This document shows, in pieces, positions 52,281-64,000 of a stretch of DNA of 64,000 nucleotides. The first letter of the stretch is position 1; the number at the start of each line of letters is the position of its first letter. Made by a program: the position numbers and the translations under genes. The stretch comes from Octopus sinensis (lineage: Eukaryota), in contig NC_043002.1 in the NCBI RefSeq assembly GCF_006345805.1, forward strand, positions 3,968,001 to 4,032,000, in the 5' to 3' direction. The notes beneath the pieces were generated by a model that was given only the letters and a program-made list of their open reading frames with translations, searched no databases and was not told the DNA's origin.

Positions 52281-53699
52281 TATATATATAGTGAAGGCAC
52301 GTGGCTTAGTGGTTAGGGCATTTCACTCATGATTGTAAGGTCGTGAGTTCAATTCTTGCTGATGCGCTGTGTCCTTGAGCAAGACATTTTATTTCATGTT
52401 GCTCCAGTCCACTCAGGTGGCCAAAAGGAGTTGTACTTGTATTTCAAAGGGCCAGCCTTATCACACGCTGTGTCACGCTGAATCTCCCATGTTAGGGGTA
52501 CTCGTGTCTGTGGACTGCTCAGCCACTTACATGTAATTTCACAAGCAAGCTGTTCCGTTGATCGTATCAGCTGGAACCCTCACCATTGTAACCAACAGAG
52601 TGCTCCATTTATACACACACACACACATACATGAGTCAACTCTATTCAGAGTTCATAGACGTACCCCCATATAATCTGACCTTGAAACAGAGATGACTTG
52701 TAATACTTTCCCAAAATTTTATAAATGGCTAATGGGATTAGCGATTAAGCACAAATTCAAACAGCTGATCCACATGAATGCATGGTTGAAGCCAACATTA
52801 TGGAAAATGTGTCATTGTGCCAAGAATTAAACTCAGACCTGAAATCATTCTATTAGTCACCTTTACACTATTACAGCTTCCAGCTTGAATAGCTTTTGCA
52901 ATGACTGTGAGTAAATTCCAATGGTATATCCACAAGCACCATTTGTGTCTCTCTCTCTCCAAATTCATCATCAGACCAAATAAATCCTTCGATTTAAGTC
53001 ACTTGCCATATGTTTGGCATTTCTGTCTCAGCTGACAGTTTTCAGCTCCTAAAATATGCATACAGCAGATTGGGAGAGTAGAATCATACACAGATAAATA
53101 TCTTTTAGAATCTTGGGGATTAACAAAGTCGTTGCTCCCAATTGACAATCCTTCTTTTCTTTTTTCGTTTCAGTTTTTTTTATTATTTTTATTTTGTGTG
53201 GGTGTGTGAGTCAGTTTATCCCAAACGTATTGCTCAGGAAAACTACAGCACCGTGTATATCTATATATCTCTAACAAAATCATTTCTATGATTTGAGTTA
53301 TGGAGTGGTCTCATGATTTCTGCACACCACACATCGTTGCTCATTTGCATTGTCTCCTCAAATACTATCTGCTGTTTATTTCCACAATGAACTGCTAGTT
53401 GCTCAAGGGGGAGGGGTTTGAAACGAATGCAAAAGCTAAAAAAGATGCCAAAGAGTCTCTGAAGCTAACAGACATATTTGGCATTAATGTGACATTGAAG
53501 TTCATTAATGCATAGCTTCTCTTGTTTCACTCCCCCAGCAATTCCTATCAGGGCCTTTCAACACACACACACACTTGCAACTCAGCTGCAATTCTATCAG
53601 GGCCTTTGAATACAATAAATAGTTGCAAATAATCACAATTGAAGAATTCATTTAAAAAATTTACATCCACATTATAATTTTTTTTTACTTATTCAAAGA

Positions 53700-56250
53700 T
53701 TGTGGGACACCTACCCCATGATGCATTGCAGGTCATCATCACTGATTCACTCAAGTTCGTAGTTGGTAATCCTTTGATCCCCCCCCCCACTTTTTGGGAA
53801 CATTTTATCTCTCTAGTAGAATCTTCTTTGAGACAATCATACTGTTGCAAGGATCCTGCTAATTAAACATCAAACTATCTCAACAATTTGGTCATGCTGC
53901 TTTTGCAGAATTCTCGTGATTGTCTGTGACCATCCAATTCCATTATTATGAATTTGAATTGGGAACTTGAATCATAGAGAATCTTTCATTAGCTGATTAC
54001 ACAACCATGGAAGCTGCCCCCTATGGATGTATTGCAGTTACTCTCAATAGATCTTGGAGATCCAGATTGATCTTCTAGGATTCCTCTGCTCAGCATCAAT
54101 GTAAGAAGCACAATCGGCTCAGTTGAGCTCTTCACAATCTGCCCATGCTGCAGTCCTGTATCACTGGCAAGGTCGCTAAATGAGTGCCATACCTTGCCAA
54201 AGGGCAACCTGTAACTATGCAGGGCATGGTTGTCACTCCGTGAGGTATTTTAAAAAATCTGCATTTATTTCATGGAAACTCTGCAGAAACAAACATACTG
54301 AAATATCTGTAGCGTGAGACTTATCTTATTCTAAGATTGTCAGCATATGTACATGTGGAAGACTCCTCTTTTGGAATTCAACTGAGTAAACTAAATCTTT
54401 GACATTTCCCAGTACATTATTCTTCATAATGTCTTTTAGCGATTTCTTCAGCTTCAAACTGAACACCCTAGAATCAAACCTGACCTGCCCTGTGATTTTC
54501 AGTGCACCTCAAGCTCTGCAACCATTTCAGACTAATTTGGATATACATGCGAAAGTGAAAAACAAATCTGGTTTCCATAATAGTGAATTGAATGCTTATA
54601 AAGTCCTGAAAAAGTGCTTATGCAAAACCCAGATCCCTGTATTGAAGGAAGCTGGAAGCCCATTAGATCAATCAATACAGCCATTTAGGATGTCACTTTG
54701 TATTTGGTCCATTAAGCCTTGATGACATTCTACTTTTAGTTCCTATCAATTCTTTGAAACCTATCGGAGCCATTATTCTTTAACTTTGCAATAGCTATCA
54801 GCAACACATTCTAGTGATAATCATCTTCCCAACTAAAGCATTTAAAAATCATTGATTCAATCATCAACTTGCACAGATAATTACGTCCACCTGAGGAATT
54901 GTTTTGTCATTCATATTCACAAGCAGCATCCTCACAATCATCCTCTCCTCTTGCAAACTGAAGAACAAAGTGCAATGGATCAAAACCATAATTCATTTGG
55001 TTAATTTACAAGAACACTTGATCATGTTAACAAAAAAAAACAAAAAACAATGATACAATTGTTATTATTACTTTCTCCTGTTCCAGATAGAACTGCTCCT
55101 ATTTTAGAAGCAATAAGAGCATCATAATTTACAGCAAAACGAGAACCATTGGCCACATTGAAAAGCTGAATGTAATAGTTGCCAAGTGATGGATGTGTGG
55201 AATGGTAATGTTCAAATATTCATTGTCCTCAAGCAACAGCCTTACCAGAAATATCAGAGACTGTTCATTAAATAATGGAATAATGCAAATTTGATGACCA
55301 GTTTGAATGTATGTGTCACAGATACTCTTTTACTCTTTTACTTGTTTCAGTCATTTGACTGTGGCCATGCTGGAGCACCGCCTTTAATCGAGCAACTCAA
55401 CCCCGGGACTTATTCTTTTTGTAAGCCCAGTACTTATTTTATCGGTCTCTTTTGCCGAACCGCTAGGTAACGGGGACATAAACACACCAGCATCGGTTGT
55501 CAAGCAATGCTAGGGGGACAAACACAGACACACAAACAAACACACATACATATATATATATACATATATACGACAGGCTTCTTTCAGTTTCCGTCTACCA
55601 AATCCACTCACAAGGCATTGGTCGGCCCGAGGCTATAGCAGAAGACACTTGCCCAAGATGCCACGCAGTGGGACTGAACCTAGAACCATGTGGTTGGTTA
55701 GCAAGCTACTTACCACACAGCCAGGGTACTGTTTCAGTAGAAGTAGGAAACAGCATATACACTGTTTCTGGATGAAGTTATCAAAGTTCATTCCAACTGA
55801 GGAGGAGAAGCTTGATGCTGCATTGTAACTCCAAATGATTGGACAAAATTCAGAGCTGGGTCTGCGGCATTTGGATTGAATTTTCCATTTACACATCAAA
55901 GTTGAAACTTTGGATTTCACATATTTGAGTAAGATTTTCTGGCATTCAGAACAAATCCCAACATAGCTGATGCCTGTCCTCCTATGGAAAACCATCTTCA
56001 CAAGGGCTCTGACGTTCCTTTGATTATTCTTCATCAAAGTATAAAGACTGATGGCAACCCAATCTCACAGCTACTCTGATAAACATATGTTCCCTTGGTT
56101 CTTCTAGATTGTGCCATCACATTTGCATTCTTTAGTCTTCAACCAATTTATACAGGTAGTATCTTCATTAACACGCAATAATTCAGTCACCTGGTATTGT
56201 TTTCTCTACAAACATTCTGTACAAGTGTGTCTTCATTAGCACATACCAAT
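53700..56250 (-). other. Possible highly decayed transposase-like coding relic, split by a SINE
   Basis: Complex-composition sequence with no microsatellites and broken minus-strand frames; no firmly recognised motif. Confidence 0.2.
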
Positions 56251-56897
56251 TGCTTTCACTCACATCTTTGTCTTTTACAATTTTGTTTTCTTTCTTTTCT
56301 TCTCTCTCTGTGTTTGTACTTGAAAGCTTCCTTGTCCTTTTCCTCATAAATTTTTTCCCTTTCTACTGTCCTGTCTTTATCCATAATGCATAGAAAAACA
56401 AAACTTGTTTGGATAGGCACTATAGTGTACACTAATAATTAATTACATCAGTTAACAGTCTATTGTTGGTTGAAATAAAATTGTCTATATAATGCAGTGA
56501 TACAGAAACTGTGGGTACAGTAATAAAAAAGAGTATATAGATATATTGACAGAGAAGAAATAGTGCTTAATGTAAAGAAAATATATCTCCATGGAAGAAA
56601 GAAAACACACAGAAAAGACGAATGTTTTTCAATACATATAGAATATCATCATCATCATCATTGTTTAACGTCTGCTTTCCATGCTGGCATGGGTTGGACG
56701 ATTTGACTGAGGTCTGGCGAACCAGATGGCTGCACCAGGCTCCAATCTAATCTGGCAGAGTTTCTACAGCTGGATGCCAACCAGTCCGAGAGTGTAGTAG
56801 GTGCTTTTACATGCCACTGGCACGAGGGCCAGTCAGTCGGTACTGGCAATGGCCACACTCAAATGGTGCTTTTTATGTATGTATGTATGTATATATA

Positions 56898-56977
<80 letters not shown>

Positions 56978-57884
56978 ATATACTTAGTATATTGGTATGA
57001 ATTATAACTGCCCTAAATTTAGCTCCAAGAAACAAAAAGACTGTGAAAACAGAAGCAATATATGTACTAAGTAATCAATGTGTGTGTGTGTGTGTGTGTG
57101 TGCGTGTGTGTGTGCGTGTGTGTGCTTGTATTAACAGCATAAAAAGTACAAATATGTGCATCCATGTGTATGTGTTTACACACACACAGGATGTCTACAC
57201 ATTTGTGTGTGTAATTAGTGTTTGTAGGAGTGTAAGTAAATATTTCCACCTATTGTATCACAGAGAGTAGGCCTTTTGTTGATAATTTACTTTGTGGATG
57301 CTTACTGCCTGCCCTGAACAATCACTTAGGGCAAACATCTGATATACATTGTCCTTTTATGAGCCTTCCATGCTGGTCTGGGTTAACAGGGGTCATCATA
57401 GTTCAAGTTCTTAAAGTTATTTTCCGCTTAGATGGGTAGAAGACCACACCTTGTTTACTTTCTGCAACTGGATACCTTTCTATCATCAACATTTTACATA
57501 ATGTACAGAATGCACTTCATCATGGTAGTATATGGAAGCACTCCGTCGGTTATAACGACGAGGGTTCCGGTTGATCCGAATCAACGGAACAGCCTGCTCG
57601 TGAAATTAACGTGTAAGTGGCTGAGCACTCCACAGACACGTGCGCCCTTAACGTAGTTCTCGGGGATATTCAGCGTGACACAGAGAGTGACAAGGTCGGC
57701 CCCTTGAAATACAGGTACAACAGAAACAGGAAGTAAGAGTGAGAGAAAGTTGTGGTGAAAGAGTACAGCAGGGATCACCACCATCCCCTGCCGGAGCCTC
57801 GTGGAGCTTTTAGGTGTTTTCGCTCAATAAATACTCACAACGCCCGGTCTGGGAATCGAAACCGCGATCCTACGACCGCGAGTC

Positions 57885-57971
57885 ATACATATATGTTTGC
57901 ATATATATATACTACCTATGACCCATAGGATCGGTCATAGGTAGTATATATATATGCAAACATATATGTAT
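57885..57971. repeat. Perfect 39-bp-arm palindrome (9-nt loop) at a SINE 5' truncation
   Basis: ATACATATATGTTTGCATATATATATACTACCTATGACC-CATAGGATC-reverse complement. Confidence 0.9.
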
Positions 57972-58016
57972 ACAAGCATATATATGCATGTATGGGTATG
58001 TGAATAATGATGATCA

Positions 58017-58051
<35 letters not shown>

Positions 58052-58696
58052 CATCTTTCTCAGTATTCCTCAACATCTCTCTGTCTGTTTGTCTCTCTCT
58101 CTGTTATATGGTTCATCTCTGAAGCAGAATATCTTGTTATTTTCTCTTCATATACTGACAAATACACTGATGGGGGTGTATATTGATCCCCCAAAACAAT
58201 CAGCTGTATATTGTAAGAAGAGAAAACCGACAAGAGAACATTAATAACTCTCAAGGTTATATATGTGAGAGAGAGAGGGGGAGAGAAAGAGATCAAAGAA
58301 TACAAAGTGAAGAGAGGGTCTTTAATCTCTTTGGTGCATGAGGTGTGTGTGCTCTACATAAAAGAGAGCAAAAGTACCAAATCCATATAGCAGGGTCCCT
58401 CTGTCTCTCTGACTATATATATATATATATCATCATCATCATCGTTTTTAATGTCCGCTTTCCAAGCTAGCATGGGTTGGACGAATGACTGAGGGCTGGC
58501 AAACCAGATGGCTGCACCAGGCTTCAATCTTGATCTGGCAAAGTTTCTACAGCTGGATGCCCTTCCTAATGCCAACCCCTCCGATATATATATATAAAGT
58601 TAATCCAAACAAGAAAGCACAAAAAAACACGACAATGCAAGGACGTGGAACAAATATAGTATTATTGGACGCTCAGAAAAGAAGGGAAGAAGGAGG

Positions 58697-58731
58697 GTTT
58701 AACGTTTCGAGCGGAGCTCTTCATCGGAAAC
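58697..58731 (-). ncRNA. Minimal hammerhead-like motif (CCGAUGA core)
   Basis: GTTT-CCGATGA-A-GAGC-TCC-GCTC-GAAA-CGT-T-AAAC. Perfect stem I GTTT/AAAC, stem II GAGC/GCTC, palindromic ACGT stem III. Confidence 0.7.
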
Positions 58732-59190
58732 ATAGGAGAAGGAAAGATCCAGAGAAGGGAAGACAGAGGAAAGAAAATTGCCAACGGTACACACGTGGTC
58801 ACATTTTATATATATATATATTATATATATTTATGTATGCATGCATCCACATACTACACGTACAGATACTTTTACAAAACAAATAAATTACACAGTTGCT
58901 CTTTGGTTTATTTGGTGAAGTGGTTTCATGAATCACCATCCAAATTGAAATAGTGTAAATCATGAGAGATAAGTCTTTAATATTATCAAAAAACCAGAAA
59001 TATAACTTAAGTAACAATTTATTGGAATGGGGCTAAAACAATTATCACGTTTATGAGTATACACACCACACACACACACACACACACATACATACATGCG
59101 TACACATACAATTTAATCGGGCAGAGTGACACGAGGATCAAGAGTTTCATGCTTTGACACTTATGAAACATTTATTAAATATGTGTGTGT

Positions 59191-59238
<48 letters not shown>

Positions 59239-61035
59239 TGTGTGCATACATGCATGCGTGTTGGGTTTTATCTGTTATCCATTACAAAGTAGAGCTTTTC
59301 CTATCATTTCCACTATGTTACTATGTTTGGTGTGTGTGTGTTGGAGTTAGTGATGGTCCAGCATTTATACTGACCGATATGTTAACAGTTCCTTCATTCA
59401 TATCAAATTGTTTTGCAATCTCTGTCAAAACCTTTCCGTTTTGAAGTTCCAGAAAAATCGACTTTGTTGATATTTGAAACTCTTTTAGTCAATCTTGAAA
59501 ACATATCTTAAAACAATATATGAAATACTTCTAACTTGCATGTTAGTTTAATGTAATCTGTCTCGTTATTGAAGAAGTGAAATCAAAAGGAAAATAAAAG
59601 GAAAAAAAAAGAAAATCTAAACAGAAAATGATACAAGAAAAAAGAGAAAGAAAAAAATATCAACTAAAACCAAAATCATGAAAACTCATTTTTCTTTCTG
59701 TACTGTATTTATAATGTATTGCAATGGCTCCTTGTAAATACATTATTAAACACAAGAAAGTGTTATTCTTCTGTGTAAAATATAACAGTTGGAGTCATGA
59801 AGTTTACAACTTACATGTTTGCATTGAAATTTGCTTATTGTTGGATGTTTCAAGTACATTCTATAACTTGCAAGTTTGTGGTTTCATATTGTTGAAGTTA
59901 ATCCTTCTAGTATTTTCGTAAAATATATTCAAACTATGAGTTTGAGGTTAGGTGTGACACATGTTCATTTCAGTTTTATCACTTTCAAAAACATTTTGGT
60001 TTTTTAATGACACATCATCTCAGTAACTAGGGTGCTTTTGCTTCATACAGCATATAATTCATGTGCATGGTGCCTTTTTTTACTAGATATTGTCATATAT
60101 ATAATTTTATATATATACTACACTCACGGAGTGTTTGGCGATAGGAAGGGCATCCAGCTGTAGAAACACTGCCAGATCAGACTGGAGCCTGGTGCGGCCT
60201 CCTGGTTTCCCAGACCCAGTCAAACTGTCCAACCCATGCTAGCATGGAAAATGGACGTTAAACGATGATGATGATGATGATACTAAAATGTTACTTGTCA
60301 TGTGACAAGTACCATTGGAAGTATACTTTTACCACTTTGAGTAATATCAAGAAATATGGCATACATATTATAATTGTAATTCAATGTTTATCAAATTTCT
60401 TAGTGCTTATACAAAATGATGAAATGAATACTAATTTTCAAAAGAAAAATATTTATGACCTTAAAATGAAATTAAATATAGCAAATTTCTCATTTGTATA
60501 TTTGCAATAAACATACAATATCATTTTTCTAAATTTTATCAACATAATTGCAATCTATTCCATCTCTGCAAAATTACATTAAAAATGTATAATTTTCTGA
60601 AAAGTTACAAGACACTTGTTCTGTCTCTCTCTCTCTCTCTTTCACTCTCACTCCTCCTCCTCCTCCTCTGTCTCTAAATGACATAAAATATGACGGGAGA
60701 AATCAAACAACTAACATCCATACAGAGATACTAACACACGGAGACACTTATATCCACATAAATTTACATGCAAATGTGCAGATGCACTTTTGTTTTGCAA
60801 TGGATGCCCACCCTGTGGATAATTACAACAAAGAAAAACTGGACTGCAAATTGATGCCGAGTGGATAGATCCACACCCCGAGCTCTGGTGGAAGAGTTTC
60901 ACTTTACTTTTTCTTCTCTGGTACTGAGGCTATAAAAAAACATCTGGTCAACAGAAGCACCGTTCCATTATGCATACACAAACACACACACACACACATA
61001 GGCATGGCTGCGCAGAATGAAGTATATACACATGT

Positions 61036-61343
61036 TGTGTGTGTGTGTGTGTGTGTTTGTGTGTGTGGTGTTTATGTGTGTGTGTGGTGTTTGTGTGTGT
61101 GTTTGTGTGCGTGTGTTTGTGTGTTATGTGTGTGGTGTGTGTGGTGTTTGTGTGTATGGTGTTTGTGTGTGTGTGTGTGGTGTTTGCGTGTGTGTGTGTG
61201 TTTGTGTGTGTGTGTGCGTGTGTGTTTGTGTGTGTGTGTGTGTGTATGTGTGTTTGTGTGCGTGTGTTTGTGTGTGGTGTTTGTGTGTATGGTGTTTGTG
61301 TGTGTGGTGTTTGTGTGTATGTGTTTGTGTGTGTGGTGGTGTT

Positions 61344-61404
<61 letters not shown>

Positions 61405-61520
61405 TGTGTGTGTGTGTGTGTGTATGTGTGTTTGTGTGCGTGTGTTATGTGTGTGTGTGTGTGGTGTTTGTGTGTGTGTGTGGTGTTTGTGTGTGTGCAT
61501 GTGTGTGTTTGTGTGTATGC
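61036..61520. repeat. Long imperfect (TG)n microsatellite
   Basis: Direct inspection. Confidence 0.97.
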
Positions 61521-61591
61521 ATAAACACACTAATATGCGTATGTGTGTATACATCTATAATGAAAAGTGGAAGGGATACATTAGTTTATAT

Positions 61592-62055
61592 CAATGGTTC
61601 CCAACCGGGGTCTGTATAGCCCTTGGTGGTCCAATACAAGATTTTGTTGTTAAAATTTTTTTTTAATACAAATCCTAATAATATTTAATTATAGAAATAC
61701 AATTATTTTTTAAACATCAGATGAGCAGGAGGGTCCATCATCATCATCAAGTGTTTTAAATCCGGGTTTTGTACCCGTTAACAGGGGTGGCTGGATCTAC
61801 CTCAATGCCATAGCAACCGACGTAGGCAGGTACAGTTCACCCCAACCTTTGGGCTGACTGGTACCCATTTTGCTTTGTTATCATGAGGCTTTTTTTTTTT
61901 AGCTGCATTTTGTACAGGGAGCATGCCCTTGCTTTCCCCTAATCTCATTTTCTAGACATTAGTGGTCCCATTTTAAGAAATGTGGTGGAAAACTAGTTCA
62001 GGAGTAAAACAGGAATCAAAGGGGTCTATAGGTTAAAAATGGTTGAGAAGCACTG
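61592..62055. mobile_element. hAT/Charlie-type MITE, old
   Basis: TIRs CAATGGTTCCCAACC / GGTTGAGAAGCACTG; TSD not preserved. Confidence 0.55.
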
Positions 62056-62851
62056 GTTCAGGCTGTCATCGTCATCACAAAGAAAAAAAAAAAAACTGCT
62101 GGTGCAGATGCTACTATTGTTACTAAATTCTACCTCATCAGTAATCAGATACTAGGTGCAAAGCCCAACTTTTTAGGACTGAGAGGAGAGGATGGGTGAG
62201 ATAAACAAAAACGCCCTCAGTCATAACTTCCATAGACTCAGAGGAATCTATTTTCAAGGGTCACAACACAGTCACTACTGAACTTATCATTCCAATAATG
62301 CTACAAGAGCGGGAGGATGGTTCGGTTTTGTTTCATCTTACTTTAGTTTTTATTATTGTTATTATTATTTTTTTGTGTGCTTGCCTTTTAAATGACTTCT
62401 TTCTCCCTAATTGCTACCCCAATTGGTTTTAAGCTAGCATTGCAGCATGCAGCAGAGCTACCATTATACTAAGGGATCAGCACCCTGATCTATATATATA
62501 CGCACAAACAGACAAGGAGGAGGAGGAGGAAGAGGAGGAGAAAGAAGAAAATGAAGAAGATGTATATTTATACACATATATTTACACAACACAAAAAATA
62601 TATAAATACACACACACATATACATATATATATACATATACATATATAGAGAAAAACATACACATACACACAACACAAGGACATACTCACACACACACAC
62701 ATCTCTCTCTCTCTCTGGATGGATTGATACATACACACACACACATATCATACACGTACATACATTATACACACATAGGCATGTGTACTTATATCTAACA
62801 TAAACAATAAATGAGAATTAAGCCACACAACTAAAACCAGGACTCTGGTTT

Positions 62852-62893
<42 letters not shown>

Positions 62894-63573
62894 ATCACCC
62901 TGTCCCCCCCACCGCAAGCCCCATGCTGTTATAATTTGTTGCCAAGTCTGCAGTACTATCTTACACTAACTTCAAATACTTTCTCTCAAACTCGCAGCTG
63001 TTGTGGGTGACAACAGCACCATCACCCTGACAACAGCATCATCACCCTGACAACAGCCAGATCTTAGGCTCCTCCTCCTCCCACCCTTTCTTCTCTACCA
63101 CCCTTGCTTTACTGTAAGCCCAAGTCTACCTCAACTCCTGAGCTATAAAGTAGACCAGTTTTGCATCTCATGCCATGTTCTTCTCACTCTATGCCTTAAT
63201 ATAACTGTTGTTTTGTTTAACACACACACAAATACACACAAATACACAGAGGCATGGGTCTAGCTGTATGGTAAAGAGTTTGTTTCCCAATCACATCATT
63301 CCGGGTTCAGTCCCACTTCATGGCACTTTGGGCAAGTGCTTTCTACTATACTATGGCCTCGGACCAACCAAGCCTAGTGAGTGGATTTGACAGACGAAAA
63401 CTGAAAGAAGCTTCCTCTCTCTGTTCCTGCATGACTCTGAGGTTAAAAATCTTGTTTCTTGACCACTTGGTCCTGGGTTCAGTTTGACACCTGGGCAAGT
63501 GTCTTCTACTGCAGCCCCACGCCCTGACCAGGTCTTGTAAGTGGATTTGGTGAATAGATGCCAAAAGAAACCC

Positions 63574-63620
<47 letters not shown>

Positions 63621-63666
63621 TTATATATATGCATTAGTGTATCCTTGTCATGAGATTAAATGACTG

Positions 63667-63960
63667 GGATCTTTTCGCTTTGACCGGCAGATTTTTAAAA
63701 TAATTTCTTTGTAACTAAACACTTTTAAGCTTCGTATACTGGTAGAATGTGTTACATAAAACATCTTTTTCTCTTGGCTTTCTTGAGAAAATTCTGTAGT
63801 TTGTAAGCTATTTGTTCTTTAATTTCTTGCATTTCGGCAATTTCAACCAATCAATGACGTCTATTGAGGTGAATTCAGTTTCTACCAGTATACGAAGTTT
63901 AAAAGTGTTTAGTTACAAAGAAATTATTTTAAAAATCTGCCGGTCAAAACGAAAAGATCC
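63667..63960. mobile_element. Merlin-type MITE with long TIRs and 8-bp TSD
   Basis: About 80-bp TIRs beginning GGATCTTTTCG; perfect TSD AATGACTG at 63659-63666 and 63961-63968. Confidence 0.8.
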
Positions 63961-64000
63961 AATGACTGGTATGAGCCAACATCAGTGTCATCATTGTAAA

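Noticed and set aside
61004-61666. Cys/Val-rich 200-aa ORFs resembling metallothionein or keratin-associated proteins
   Set aside because: (TG)n repeat open in all frames.

Overview
AT-rich, repeat-dense eukaryotic genomic DNA. The SINE families, (CA)n/(TA)n load and LINE types suggest an octopus or other coleoid cephalopod (inference). The only host gene I can support is malectin (MLEC) on the minus strand. Its last three coding exons are at 15512-15691, 10918-10975 and 5447-5679, with canonical GT-AG sites and compatible phases. I could not find its 5' exon(s), so most of the window is probably malectin intron. The rest is transposons and microsatellites: a young CR1-clade LINE with an uninterrupted EN-RT frame, decayed RTE, R4/Dong and L2/CR1 LINEs, tRNA-derived SINEs, non-autonomous Helitrons, MITEs (Tc1/mariner, piggyBac, hAT, Merlin types), a probable solo LTR and a tRNA-Phe pseudogene. 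The most notable signal is at least 9 minimal hammerhead-ribozyme-like motifs of the Penelope-like-element/retrozyme type. They sit in short non-coding elements in or beside (TA)n tracts, often as inverted pairs, and one subfamily has a recurrent non-canonical core (CUGU-N-GA). Most ORFs in the supplied track are microsatellite or SINE artefacts. All alignments and folds were done by eye; no database searches were run.
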